From assembly GCA_051294375.1 (NCBI GenBank), contig CM119268.1, positions 15,091,082-15,155,081 on the forward strand: DNA of 64,000 nucleotides, in the 5' to 3' direction. Source of the DNA: Paraspadella gotoi (Eukaryota; Animalia; Chaetognatha). Both the position numbers and the translations under genes were made by a program. The first letter of the stretch is position 1. Every line of letters begins with the position of its first letter. The notes under the pieces are model-generated. The model made no database searches. It was given only the letters and a program-made list of their open reading frames with translations, and was not told the DNA's origin. Below, piece after piece: positions 1 through 21,862 of this stretch.

Positions 1-9754
<9,754 letters not shown>

Positions 9755-11280
9755 TAAAAATATCTTATTATGGTTTCTTGGAGATTAATTTGGTATAATT
9801 ATAGTAGTATAATAATAGTAAATTGGACTCTAAAGAGAGAGAAAATATTTTTTCTATGAGAATGATAGAAACTGATTGTCGTTAATTGACAAATGATAAA
9901 ATTTTTACTTTTAAAATTCAAACTCTGCTTACCAAGGGCGATGATCAATCACAGATCAATCACAGATGATCGATCACAGTTATAATGAATTTTTTTTAAA
10001 TATCCTATTCATCAGACCTGATGCCTTTTATCGTTAAAACTTTAATCAGTGTTTTCAATGTTTTCATTTTTTAAATAACACTGTCAATTTGTGATATGGT
10101 ATGTATTTATTTTGTTCTCGAGATAATTGCTCGTGCCTCTGAACTTTTTGTTAAATGTATATTCTCTGCGCTAATTATTTTTGTTATCTTTTAAATTCTG
10201 TTTATCCCTATTTTGGTAATCAATAATTAAGAGCATCTATTGTGGCGTCAGTCGTAACTCTCAAAGCCGTCTCACCGTTACTTCTCCTTAGCTGTTGATG
10301 GGCTCAGTCATGAACCTAAAATTCAGCAACATTCCACTGCCCTTCTTTGCAATAGCAAATTGATTTTTTTATAAAAGTAATTGAACGCAGTTAGTAGTTT
10401 CAAAATTGATACAATAATCGTCTAGAATGTTCGAACTTATTTTACTTTTTTGTAGATTCGGGTCCTTGGCTGATATTTTTCGTTTTTTATTTATTAACTT
10501 TGGTAAAAAATAAACTATCACTTTTCTCGAAAATAACATATTAAAATAAACATAAGGTAGTGATCACTATTTGTTATGAAATTGGTACAACTAATATAAA
10601 AAAAAAGTTAACAGCTACCCATTTCACTTGTACTAACCAGTAGAAGTGTTATTATGAAGCTAGACTTTAGGTTAATTGGTAAATTAGTCTCCGTAGAATA
10701 CGACAATACAAACGAGTTTCTTTCTGACTGAATTTGTTCCAGCAATAGTTTTGAGCGACGAAACTGTTCTTTTGTTTATAGTGGCAACACATTATTTTGT
10801 AAGTGGTGCACTCTCCAGGGAATAAAACATATACGAAGAAAGAAAGTTCAGTTGCCGAAATATTATATATTAAATAAAAATCAACCTCGATACTCTATTC
10901 AAATTTTACTTTGTTCCTAGCAACATTCATTATTCACAATTGTTATACCTTTCATTTTCGCGAACACATAAAATGGTTGTCCATTTGTTTTCTTTCCAAA
11001 AGTTGCAGAATTTGTGCTCTTAATTATCTAGAAATTATTATTTAATATAGTTTTGTATAAAGCTTGTATATAAATCGAATATTCCATGATTAGTATAATT
11101 TGTGTTTTTATTAAAAAAAATTAGCAATATTTGATGTTCCATGTTAATGTTAAACAGCGAAACAGTTAAACATTTGTCCTCGATGTAGCATAATTTTTAA
11201 GCGTACTTTCGTTAGTTTAAAAAGAAATCCCAGGCTTTTTTGGTTTAAAGTAGAAAAACTTAGTGATAAACAGCGAAAAA

Positions 11281-12498
11281 ATGGCTCAGATGAACAACAG
11301 TCCCCTTCCCAACTCGGATTCAAGGTAATAGTTATGAATTAGATAAATAATTAAATAATCCAAGGTTCAGCCAATTTGTGGCGATGAAAATTTATTCAAT
11401 TTATAATTTCCAGATGGTGAATATTAATCCTTTTTGAATCATGACATTTGCTTCAGATGTTTGATGGAAAACTGGTTCGAAGAGCGAACCTCGAAAAAGT
11501 TCGACGAAGGGAAATCTATCAAGGAAAAGAACATTCACGGACATGACAGTAATGAATGATCAAAATAATGACAAAATTATTGTTTACGATTAGATTGTTT
11601 TCATATTTTGTTAGGACATCTATTTTTTATTTTACATGTAAATTTAAACTTTTCTCCCAGAGATTCTCACTCTCAAGCCCGAAACAAGTCTCTCACAGTG
11701 TTCTGAATATAAGGTATGTAGTACTATTGTGATAGTTGGATAATTTGTCCAATTAAGAAAAGAAATTGGGGAAAAGAAAGAATTTAAAACGTAAAGAAAA
11801 TCCTTTCAACGAAACCGCGTTCGTGAAGGCGCGGTTCCGTGACACCGGAATCACCGTGACTCCGAGACCTCCACGCGCCGGTCTTCTCGAGGCGTTCCTT
11901 GCTCGGAAAGCCACGCTCGCGTTGAAGGAGGTAAGGCTGACAGGTTTGAGATCGAGGTGTCTCAAGGTGAGGTCAAGTTGAAGCTTCAAAAGTAAGGTTT
12001 AATTACAGGGAGCGGATCCTACGGAACCAAAGTTTGCTCAATGCGACTACAAAACCGATTACAGCGGGAATATTTGTCGAGACGATTTTAAGTCCATTGT
12101 ATGTATTGAAATTAATCATATATAATTGAAAATGTACAAATTTTTTTTTTGCTACATTCCGGTTTCCACAGAAACCAACGCCGAAATTTCGACATCCGCT
12201 ATATTCAGAATTACAGACATCCTATTGGTCGGAGAATGTCAAAACTTCAGCAATTCACGGAGTATCTCAGGTAAAAATATAAAAATTGAAACTCTTTATA
12301 GTTTAACGTACGTTAATAAAAATAAAATAATAATTAATAAAACTTACCCGTTTTTTTGGCTTCCTTACTTCCGAGCAGATTAAGACGATCGATTCTCCAT
12401 TCCGCAAGAACGCCTCTTTCAGCAAACTTGCTTTTGGTGAAGCGTGGGAAGACAACCAAGTTATGCCTGGGGACCAAGAGTTCTTCCCAAAACTTTGA
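11281..12498 (+). CDS. SPAG8: SPAG8-like ciliary microtubule inner protein; exons approx. 11281-11324, 11457-11548, 11661-11713, 11829-11930, 12009-12098, 12172-12270, 12379-12498
   Basis: The spliced ORF has the N-terminal RCLMENWFEER motif and the C-terminal TSYWSENVKTSAIHGVSQIKTIDSPFRKNASFS, matching remembered SPAG8 motifs (CLLxNWxEER; FWSEN...G.S.I.T.DTPFRKN.SFS). Intron phases are consistent. Confidence 0.8.
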
Positions 12499-12972
12499 TT
12501 TATTTCTATTCAAATCTAAATTCTTTTAATTTTGATTCTTCCTTATCCACTATTAACAAACATCTTTATAGCAGAAGATTCTTGCCTCAAATCAGTCATC
12601 AGTCGAATAAACATTAAACGTAACTTATTTTTTCTTGTTTACAAAACTATGACCGTTTCACTTTATTACCCGTCAAGTATCAGATGTAGGAAAAATTCTA
12701 CTCATTTAAATTAGAGATTACTCAGAATTACTTGAACAGTTAATTTCAATTGTGTCAGTCTATACACTTCCATATTTGCAAAACTGCATACTTTAAATAC
12801 AACTTTTAGCCTTTAAGCGTTGAGAACAGAAAAACGAAAAGCAAACGTCGTATATTTATTATTTTAATTTTGCCTATATATTAAACTATATATGAGTTAA
12901 CGTGGAAGAAATCGCTTCGTCTTCGATCAAACTTTTATTTCGGAAGTGATCGGGTTAAGTTCGCCGATCGAC

Positions 12973-13094
12973 ATGGCGTTGTCGTCCGATTGGGCTGACA
13001 ACTTGGAGCAGCACTGGAAGCAGAAATTTGACAATATGGATGAGGAGTTGGAAAACGACATAGTCGACGGAGAAAAGATGGATGCAGGCAAAAT

Positions 13095-13132
<38 letters not shown>

Positions 13133-15030
13133 AAAAAAACAGATAGACAGAGAGAGAGACCTTTCTTCCGAAACCAACCTTTTCTTCGGCTTACGTTTCG
13201 TCAATTCAAGACCCTAGGAGACAGTCTACCTCAACGACCACACGGCCCACCGCACAACCGTCCAAATTTACTTACGAAGAGCGTCGCGGAGTTCCTCTCC
13301 GGTGGTTGTCATGGCAACTACTACGTACCTTTCTCTCTCTCTTTATCTTCGTCGTCGTCAATGGACTCTGGATCGCGTTCGTCGTCTACAGGGCGGGAGA
13401 TTTAGTAACTAATTGATAATAAATAGAAAAAAAAATATTGTTAAATAATGAATAAACTCAGGTCGTCGACGCCGTCGTCTTGGGCGTCGTGGGGACATTG
13501 GTGACGGTGGGACTCTTTTTGGGACGGAGGGTTGGCTTGATAAGCGAGGAAAAGAGGCGGAGGCGGGGTGGGCTGAGAGAAAAAAAAAGAAGCTGTTGTG
13601 GCGGTATATTCACACCGCCTCACGTCCACCATCCGTCAGCCAAATCCATTGGCTCAGAGGGGGAACACACCATCCCAGGCGTAGTGTTCCATCCACAGTC
13701 CTAACGACTTCCCTCTGCGTTGGCAAAGCGAGACCGTCCTAGGGTAACCGCGCCAGTGACTGGATGCGTCACTGAGGGTCGGAAGCCCCCAAAGCCAACA
13801 GTGAGATGCCCCATCCCAATGGGCATCACAGGCAACCCGGCTGTTGCCATACTGTCTCGTGATTTGAATGTGGTTGAATGTTTGACGAGCGAGGGTGTTT
13901 TACCAATATGATTATTTTTCTGAACTTATTTATTCCATTCAATTCTAAGTCTTTTTTCGTCTATATACGACAGGGTCGACATTTCGTCCATCCGATCGAT
14001 TCGGGAGCACGATCTCTAACGACAAAAACCAAAGTCTCATCGACGACGTAAATCTTCGTTTTTAATGCTTATCGACTTTGTTTTGACCAAATTCCTTTTT
14101 GTTTCCTGTCGCAGGATATGGGCCGCTCGGTCCATGCGGCAGCCTCTCGTCCGATCGCTTCTCCGCACACTCCCTCCAATTTGAGCTTCACGAAAGCGAT
14201 TAAGGACGAAATAGACCCGCCCTGTTCTCCACAAGAAATCAGGGTACGACTAAGTGAAATGCAGAGTTGCGATGCTAAAAAAACTATAATGAATTGACAA
14301 ACTCGTCAAACAAACCGCAATCCAAAGCGACTCTCGTGGTCCGACCGCCGCTTATATTCATTATTCAATCCTTCGTAACTGACGTTTAGGAACTCGCGTC
14401 GAGGATTCGTGGTCGGACGATGATCGAGTTGCTCGACGATGGAACCTACACTCTGCCTTTTCAAGATCGCAAGGAAGACGAAAAGCCATCAGTCGAAAAC
14501 ATAAGCATAGTGAAAGAAGAAAAGGTAAATTTACGAAGGGAATTTACGAAAGGAAAACAATTCAATGTATGTCAGCGATAGAAAGCACTTCAGTACTCCC
14601 TCGTAAATACCGCCTTGGGCACGGCCACAGTACGTAACAAATTCGAGGAGTGAAACGAGTTACGAGAAATAAAGCTGATGAGAGAATGAATGTCCGGAAG
14701 TGAATAAATTTCCTATTATCAAACTCATTGGTGACTCGCGGTTCCTAGTTATCGAGCACGGTGGACACGAAAGGCTCGACGGCCATCTCCACGCCTCCAA
14801 GGTCGTCGGTACGCACTTCGATCAGAGTTATTCCACCCTTTTCGGCCCTGCTGGAGCGGACGAGTCCTTTCGCTCACGCCACGGAGGGGCATTGGGTGGA
14901 GCATCGACAGGAACGAGACTCGGAATCGCCCGTCGTCGTCTTCGCGGATAAAGGAGCGAGGTGTCGAAGAAGTCGGATAATGTTCCTCGTCGACGACGAC
15001 GACGACACTTTGGACGAGAACAGAAAATAA
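12973..15030 (+). CDS. Uncharacterised multi-exon protein (MALSSDWADNLEQHWKQKF...EFLSGGCHGNYYVP...TLDENRK*)
   Basis: GC-rich exon-like blocks with splice signals at about 12973-13087 (GC donor), 13218-13403, 13462-13530, 13974-14046, 14115-14242, 14390-14524 and 14749-15030. One junction cannot be phased without an error, and no family was recognised. Confidence 0.5.
13594..13850 (+). mobile_element. Twister-bearing SINE/retrozyme-like element, copy A
   Basis: 5' hairpin ggcggt-atattcac-accgcc, cgtcc motif, A-box-like tggctcagaggg (no clear B box), twister core, then 3' hairpins gatgccc..gggcatc and ggcaac..gttgcc. Architecture is shared with copies B-D. Confidence 0.65.
13719..13799 (+). 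ncRNA. Twister ribozyme, type P5 (copy A); predicted cleavage U13745/A13746
   Basis: P5 gttggc/gccaac; GA; T1 CCG with L4 CGG; P1 tcctaggg; UAA; P2 cgc/gcg; T2 GC/GC; P3 cagtgac/gtcactg; P4 ggg-U-CGG-AA-GC-ccc. Confidence 0.85.
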
Positions 15031-15699
15031 GAGATTTGATTGGGAGACGCGGACCAAGCATGAGAAGAGAAAGAGGGAATTGCTTGGTTTTTGACGAGAA
15101 TTGATGACAAAAGGGATTGAGGAGAAGCTCTTAAAATAAAATTTGGCCATTTGTCGTTTGACCAATGAGAGAGAGAGTCTCTTGTAATTTCTTCTCGCGT
15201 CGCCGATCCGATTCCGACTTTTAGGTTCGATTCCTCTGCGATGTTCCTTTGAAGATTCGATCCGATTCGGAAAAAAACTAATATTTTTTTCTCTTTTTAT
15301 ATTTTCCCTTTCTCAAAACTCTACAAAATTGGGTAAACCGAAAGTTTTATTGACTTTAAAAAAAAAAACGGAAACAATAAATCGCGCGCAATAAAAATAA
15401 AAGAATAATTAAAAGAAGTGGACGGCTTAAAAAGTAAAGAGAGGTGACGTTGGATTTACGATCGAATTTTCGGTTGGTGAAATTTTTAAAAAAACAATAT
15501 CGTCCTTCGTAAAGTGCCGCGAAATTATGGTTTAATACTACATCATTAAGCATAAACGTATCTCACATTAATACTTACAAAAAGGTTGACTTTTTATTTA
15601 TTTAGTTTTCTTCATGGAAATATAGCATTAATACGTGGAATTTTAGTTAAAAACGAGAGATCAATGGACGATTTTAGTAGTTTTTTTTTTGCGTGACCG

Positions 15700-16894
15700 T
15701 TATTGATTCGGACTGGACGGCGTCGGGACGCGAACTTTCTTCGCCCCGATCATCTCGTGGTGAAGTTGGAATCTCAAGTTGAAGAGCGCTTGGCGAATCG
15801 TTTGTCCGTGCACTAGACGGAGAATGGGCGCGGCGATGAACTTAAGGAGAAAAATTAAATCATCTCATATCAATCAGAAATAAAACAATTTTATTATCAA
15901 TAAAAGAATGAAACAAAGAAACGAACTAAGAAAATACTAACTTTGAAGAGAAGATTGCTACGTCGGGAACTAATAATGACTTGAGCTTTGCACAGTGGTT
16001 CTTTCCGATCTTTCGTCTTGTCGTCGATATTTATCTGGCAAAGAAACAAGTTTTAGAAAGCGCTCTCGAGGAGACACTAATTTTTCTCCTCGGCAACTGA
16101 TCTTTGAGTCAGTTAGCTAATCGTCATTGTGAGAAAAACCTGGACGTGCGGCAACCACCAGCGATCCAGAACGAAGCCGACGTGAGCGTTGGGTTCGTAA
16201 CTCGTTACCAGAATCGACGTCATCATTTTTCCTATAAAAATAGAGAGATTATAAGTTCTCGCCTATAGAAAAACTGACTCTCTCGCGTGAACGTTACTGC
16301 GCAAATAAAATTGACAAATCATAACAATTTAATTTGATATTGACCAATCGCTTTCGTGTCTTTCGTTCTTTAAAACTCTTCATTCACCAATGAGCGGAAT
16401 TTCCATAGCCTCGTCGTAAGTCTTCCCTGGACCCAACGGATCGATACTTCCGTCCATATTCTCCTGGGGGCGGACAGCGAGAATTCCTGGGAACCACCTT
16501 GGCAGAGAAACCAGTTCGCTGGTTGAAAAAAAAAAAAAAAGAAGCGAGTATAAGTATTATTTTCATGAGAAATAATGAGCTAGAAGCAAAACAATTTTTT
16601 TCAAAATATTTCGGTATATATTTCTACGCCAACATCATTAATAAATATTTAACAAAGCTTAAGATTTGATAAATAACAAACAGCAACTTACAAATTTAGG
16701 AAAGAATTTCTTTTTCTCCCTCTTTCTTACCACAAATACGCGGCAACCAAGTGATGAGGCGCGGGTACGTTAATTCCTCCCTCAAAAATAACAATGGCAT
16801 CGTCATCGTCCTTGGAAACGTTTGCCAAGATGGCGACGACGACGACGATAAAGGCGATGCTGGTTCGAAAGGGAATCGAGTCGAACGAACTCAT
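15700..16894 (-). CDS. SRPBCC/START-fold (polyketide cyclase/dehydrase-like) protein with N-terminal hydrophobic anchor; 5 exons
   Basis: Spliced: MSSFDSIPFRTSIAFIVVVVAIL...INVPAPHHLVAAYLC|ELVSLPRWFPGILAVRP...GPGKTYDEAMEIPLIG|KMMTSILVTSYEPNAHVGF...|...|FIAAPILRLVHGQTIRQALFNLRFQL. The IxAPxxxV..Y....LPxWFPG, VTxYEP and C-terminal helix pattern is typical of SRPBCC. Confidence 0.7.
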
Positions 16895-17400
16895 TTTGTC
16901 CCGAGCGTCGAGATTTTTCTCCTCTATTGAAAAATATCGGCGTTTCAAAACGTTTTATTTTTTATCGGAAGAACAAAGGAATGTTTTGAGCTTTAATCTT
17001 TCGTTTCAACATTGCTACATCAAAAAGCGATATAGCGTAGGACCTGAATTTAATAAATGTGTTTCAGAAATTAGAGATCGAACGTGGAATTTAATACTGA
17101 AATATTTTACTGCGTGTAGTTCTTTAGGTAATTAATAAATTTCACGATAAAACATTTGCAGATTTGTACGAATGATACGCATATGAAGTAAAATATCGTC
17201 CTTTGGAAAGACGAGAGATCTTTTCGAAAACAATGGAAGCAGAGGCAGAGCAAAGACAAAATCGACCAAAAATAGCTTGAGCTGACAGTTACAGACAAAA
17301 TAATTCAACATTTAAAGTTTTTTCTGATCTAGAATCCAAAATGAGGTGCATTATGTTAAACCGCAAAATTGGATACCGTAAATCCACGATAAGAAAAGAA

Positions 17401-19399
17401 TCATCTAAAGCCCTGAATGAGATGAACCATGCCCATCTTGCTTTGCTCCAACTGCACTTTTTCTTGCGTAACTTCTTGCTGTTGACGATTGACTTGGTTG
17501 CGTTTGTCTTCGTCCCGTTTCTGCTGCGCCACGTAGATCTCCGTCTGTTCCTTTATCTAAGGCAAATTATTGTAAATCTAATGAACATTTGATACAATCG
17601 ATTTATGAACGCTCCACCCCGATCCCAGAAGGCAAAGAGTCTCACCCAGAGCTCCATCTGTTCTTTGTGCCGTTGGATGAGCAGGCTGAGCTCGTTCTGT
17701 TGATCTTGGTATTGTTGCTTGTAAGCGGCTCTCTCTCGAAGGAACATCTCCCTCTCGCAGAGGAAATCCACTTTTTGTTTTTCGAATTCGTCGAGAACGT
17801 TGACGAGAGACTCGACGGCCTAAGATGTTATGGCAAAGGGTGGAGTCAACAATAAATGATAATTAAACAGAAATCTATTGGGTTAAGATTTTAAAATTTC
17901 TTTGGGATCAGATTTGGGAAGATTTACGCGGGCGCAGGTACCTTTACCTTTATTAAGAATAACCACTTTTGTCACATTTAGCCGAGGAACAATTTAAGGT
18001 CAGACCTTCAAGCCAAGCCGTAATAACCAAATACGCACCTTGTTCATGTCTTCAGGGGCCTTTGTCTGTGCATCTTTGGCCCGAGACTTGAGGCTGCGTA
18101 CATCTGCGGCAGCGCGAGATATGGACGAGGCAGGAATCTGCGGTTCTAAAATCGCCGGCTTCTGGAAGGGGGGGACCTAAAAAAACGGGGTGTGGAGAAG
18201 AGGGCGGATCCAATGAATACAACCGATACATAGACAAATGATTTCAAATTAATATCGAGATACAAATTTTCCGAGTTAATTCACCTCGAGATCGAAAAGA
18301 AGTTCGGGCGGTTTGGCGAGCGCGTGGGTGGAGTCGTACTGCTGCATGAGTTCTTCGAGAATGGGGACGCGTTGCGAAGGACTCAGCAGACGGAGGGTCA
18401 GCACGCGATTCGTCTCCCCGTCCGCGTTCTGGCCACCTTATTAGGTGATCATTCCAAAAAAATATAAACAAACCAAAAAAAAAACATCGTTCGACAAAAC
18501 TCACCAACGATATACATGTGCGACTTGGTAATGACGGCGGCGTGACCGTGCAGAGGGCCGACCGATCGACCGACGTGAATAGGGCGTTTCCATCGGAGCT
18601 TGTGGTAGACGCGAGCCCCGACCGAGGCGCCCTCGTTCCCCGCGGCGTTGGCGACGAGATCAACGTCCTTTGACTCTTCGGGCGCCGCCTCTTTCGCCAC
18701 CAGGCTGAGTTTGACGACGTCGTTGAAAAGAGTGAAGGCTCCGTCAGGGGTTTCGGAGGTGCCGCCTGTAGGGGTGGAGGCAAGTCTATAAGACGAAAAA
18801 TAAACAAGTATAAAATATTTTTAGATATTTTTATACAACACAAAAGATGACACCATGAAAAGGTTCAAAATATTTTAACGAACCATTGATTGAACCCTGA
18901 AATATTTTTTTTTACTCTATGGAAGAGCAGCGACAATCACGAACCATTTGTGAATCTCCCCAACCGCCTTGATATTTCCCAATTCACCAAAAAGGTAGAG
19001 ATCTTTGTCGCGATGGGCGACGAAAGAAAAGCCTCCCCGCGGCGCCGGAGGGCGCCCGTGGACGCGAGGGTGGCGCCAGGAGAGGGTGTTGGAGTCGAAA
19101 ACCGCGACGTCGTTGAAATAGAGACTTTCGGCGCCGCAGCCACCGAAGACGAAGACGCGGTCGCCGACTACGGCGGCGCCGTGATCACAGCGCGGCGCCG
19201 GAGGGATTCCTTTGGGTTTTTGAAAAAAAAAAGGCACGTTCAGTAAAAGATTATTTGCGGAGGTTAAAGGTTAAATTCAAAATTTGCTAATATTGGTTGT
19301 CAGTTATATTTCTTGACTTTCTTTTTATAGTTAAGAGTTAAGACTCTCTCTTTTTCTTTCTCTCAACAATAATTTTTAAAAAGTTATACGCAGTATCTG

Positions 19400-19437
<38 letters not shown>

Positions 19438-20468
19438 GAAAGTTATACGTAGTATGCACTGCATTCTTTCTCTCTCTCTCTCTCTCCTCTCGTCCTCTCT
19501 CTCTCTCTCTCTCTCTCTTCTCCCCGAGGGTTTTAGTTTCGTCCACGACATGTTGTCCAGAAAAAGCATGTGAACGTCGTTAGTTGCGACGCCTGCGCAG
19601 AATCCCCCGAAGGTGTAGACCTCGCGTCGAATCAAAGAGGCCGTGAATCCGATCGCAGAAGGAGGCGATCCAGCGGTTGAGACTGGAGACCAAGACGAGG
19701 CTGAGGAGAAGGAAAAAAAGCAAGCAGTTTTTATAATTATTGTTTCTGAGAGGCAGCTCTTGAAAATATTTACCGCAATAAGCAATTACTTATCATTGAT
19801 AAATAGGCTTATAAATAGGGTGCTCGTGATTCGTGAACACTTGTTTTTGCAAATTTTCTCTCTTTATCATCGCCCGCAAACTTCGCTTACATGGCTACAT
19901 TGGCTAACGTCGCTCACATTTTCCCATACGTCGGACTTTCATAGATTAAGATGTGAAAATAAACATCGTTCTTTTGATCGGACCAATTCCACAAACCTTC
20001 CTCAGTTTCCTTAACCACCAAACTCACTCTCAACATGGAATCGACTCAGCCCTTCCAGACACGCCTCCGCGTCGTCTTCTCCCTTTCCGCCTACGACAAA
20101 AACCGCGCCGTCCAGACTGAAGATGGCGTGAGAGTCGCGCGGCGTCGGTACGGAGCCCTGCTGCGGCTGCTCCGTCCAGACCAGATCGGCGTCGGAAGTG
20201 AGCAGAGTGTGGAGAGAAGAAAAGTAGACCGTTTTGGCTGCGGAAAAAAAGCGAGGGAGAGAAAAGAAAGAAAAAAAGAAAATTTAGAAAAATACAAACA
20301 GTGCGCAACCTTAACTTCTGCCTTACCCTCATCCTCGTCCCAGTAACTTCCTCCGAACGCGTAGACTGTTCCTGCCAAAATCGTGAGGGCGTGGCCCTGA
20401 CGTGGCGTCGGCGGCGTTCCCGTGTGACGTCGGTTCACCCAGCAGCAGCTGGCGCGAAGTGACGTCAT
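17401..20468 (-). CDS. Kelch-repeat protein (KLHDC3/RABEPK-like propeller) with C-terminal coiled coil
   Basis: Repeated kelch units PPTPRQGHALTILAGTVYAFGG, PPAPRCDHGAAVVGDRVFVFGG and PPAPRGGFSF..KDLYLFG. The last exons are Q/E/K/R-rich and end ...HLIQGFR* at 17401. Confidence 0.85.
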
Positions 20469-21862
20469 TATCTGAGCTTTGAAAAGGGGCGGAGCCGTCA
20501 GTTTTTAAAATGGCGGCTTTTTCTACTGCGCGTGAGCCGCAGTTTTATTTTCTTTTTAAGAAACATTTCGCTTTTGAATTTAAACTTTTTCGTAATTAAT
20601 TTTGAGTGACAAAGCTGATGAAGTATAAATTCCAATAATAGATTTCTTTGTCTCGCGTTAGTTTAGTTAATGTGTTTGTTTGGTAAATTTTTTTGGTTTT
20701 TTTTTTTAGTTAAACTCATCGAATATTAAAAATTCGATCTCGAAAAGTTCCCAAAAGTCGAAATCGGGACGAGGGCAGTGATACGGCGTCCATTGTATGT
20801 CTGACAAATCCATGGCAAGGGCTTCAGTGAGTTACGTTCGATACAATTAATAAATATCGGAGATGCAAAGCCTCAGATTTAGCGTTCTTTCTCGGAACTA
20901 CCATAGTACATAAAACAGAAGCATTGGATTGATAGAAAAGGAGAAACAGTGGTCAACAGCAACGTTTAAGAGTTAATTAGACTGAAATTCAATATCGTTT
21001 AAAAATAATATTCTTATTATTAATATATTAATAATATCATTATTATTAATATATGCTAAGGTATATGTATGTTAAATAGTTTCATACATTCCACAAAAAA
21101 AAACAATGTAAAGAAGTTTCATTTTTTTTTAATTCTGAAAATACTAACCTAAATTATACATCAATTTGAAACGTGCCACACGAAGGTCGGTATACCGCGC
21201 TTACATCCAACTTCAAAGATTGAGATGCGAGCAAACTTCGCTTGAATTTATTATTTGCCTTCCGCAAAAGTTACGTAACTTAGACATATATATATTTATA
21301 TGTATATTGTTTATTTCAATTAATGATAAACTAATTCTTTTAATCATGATTGAACATTCATGTTGACTACTGTATATATTTTAAATATGTTTTATAAATA
21401 TCAAATAAATAATGAAAGCATTATTGAGGAAGGGATCTTAATAAATAAATTTGGCAATTTACGAGATTTAATCGATTGTAAAAAAATATTATAAATTAAA
21501 AACAAGACGAAAGAAATTTACAAGAATATCACGATTTTATTTCAAATCACTGCCACAGGATGTTTTAACGGTAATGCTTTTACACACTGCGACTGGTCTC
21601 ACAACTTGTTTGCAACAAAATATGAACATCGCTTTGTAAAAAAGCGCTGTATATCTATCATTAGGTAATTGGATGCCTCTCTAAGAAAGCGGCTTTAATT
21701 CGCCAAAAAAATAAAAGATTGGGAGGAAAAAAGAAAAAATTTAGGTAAATTAAGAAAAAAAAAAAACAAAAACAAAAAAATCGTAATATTTGGCTAAGGA
21801 AGTAGAACAAATTAATGTATATAATATTTTTCACTATAAAGACTACGATCAGGAGTGAAATA

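Noticed and set aside
13594-13660. HDV-like ribozyme in the 5' hairpin/ctcacgtcc segment
   Set aside because: The L3-like ctcacgt is not closed by a P3 stem and no P1.1 or J4/2 arrangement could be built.
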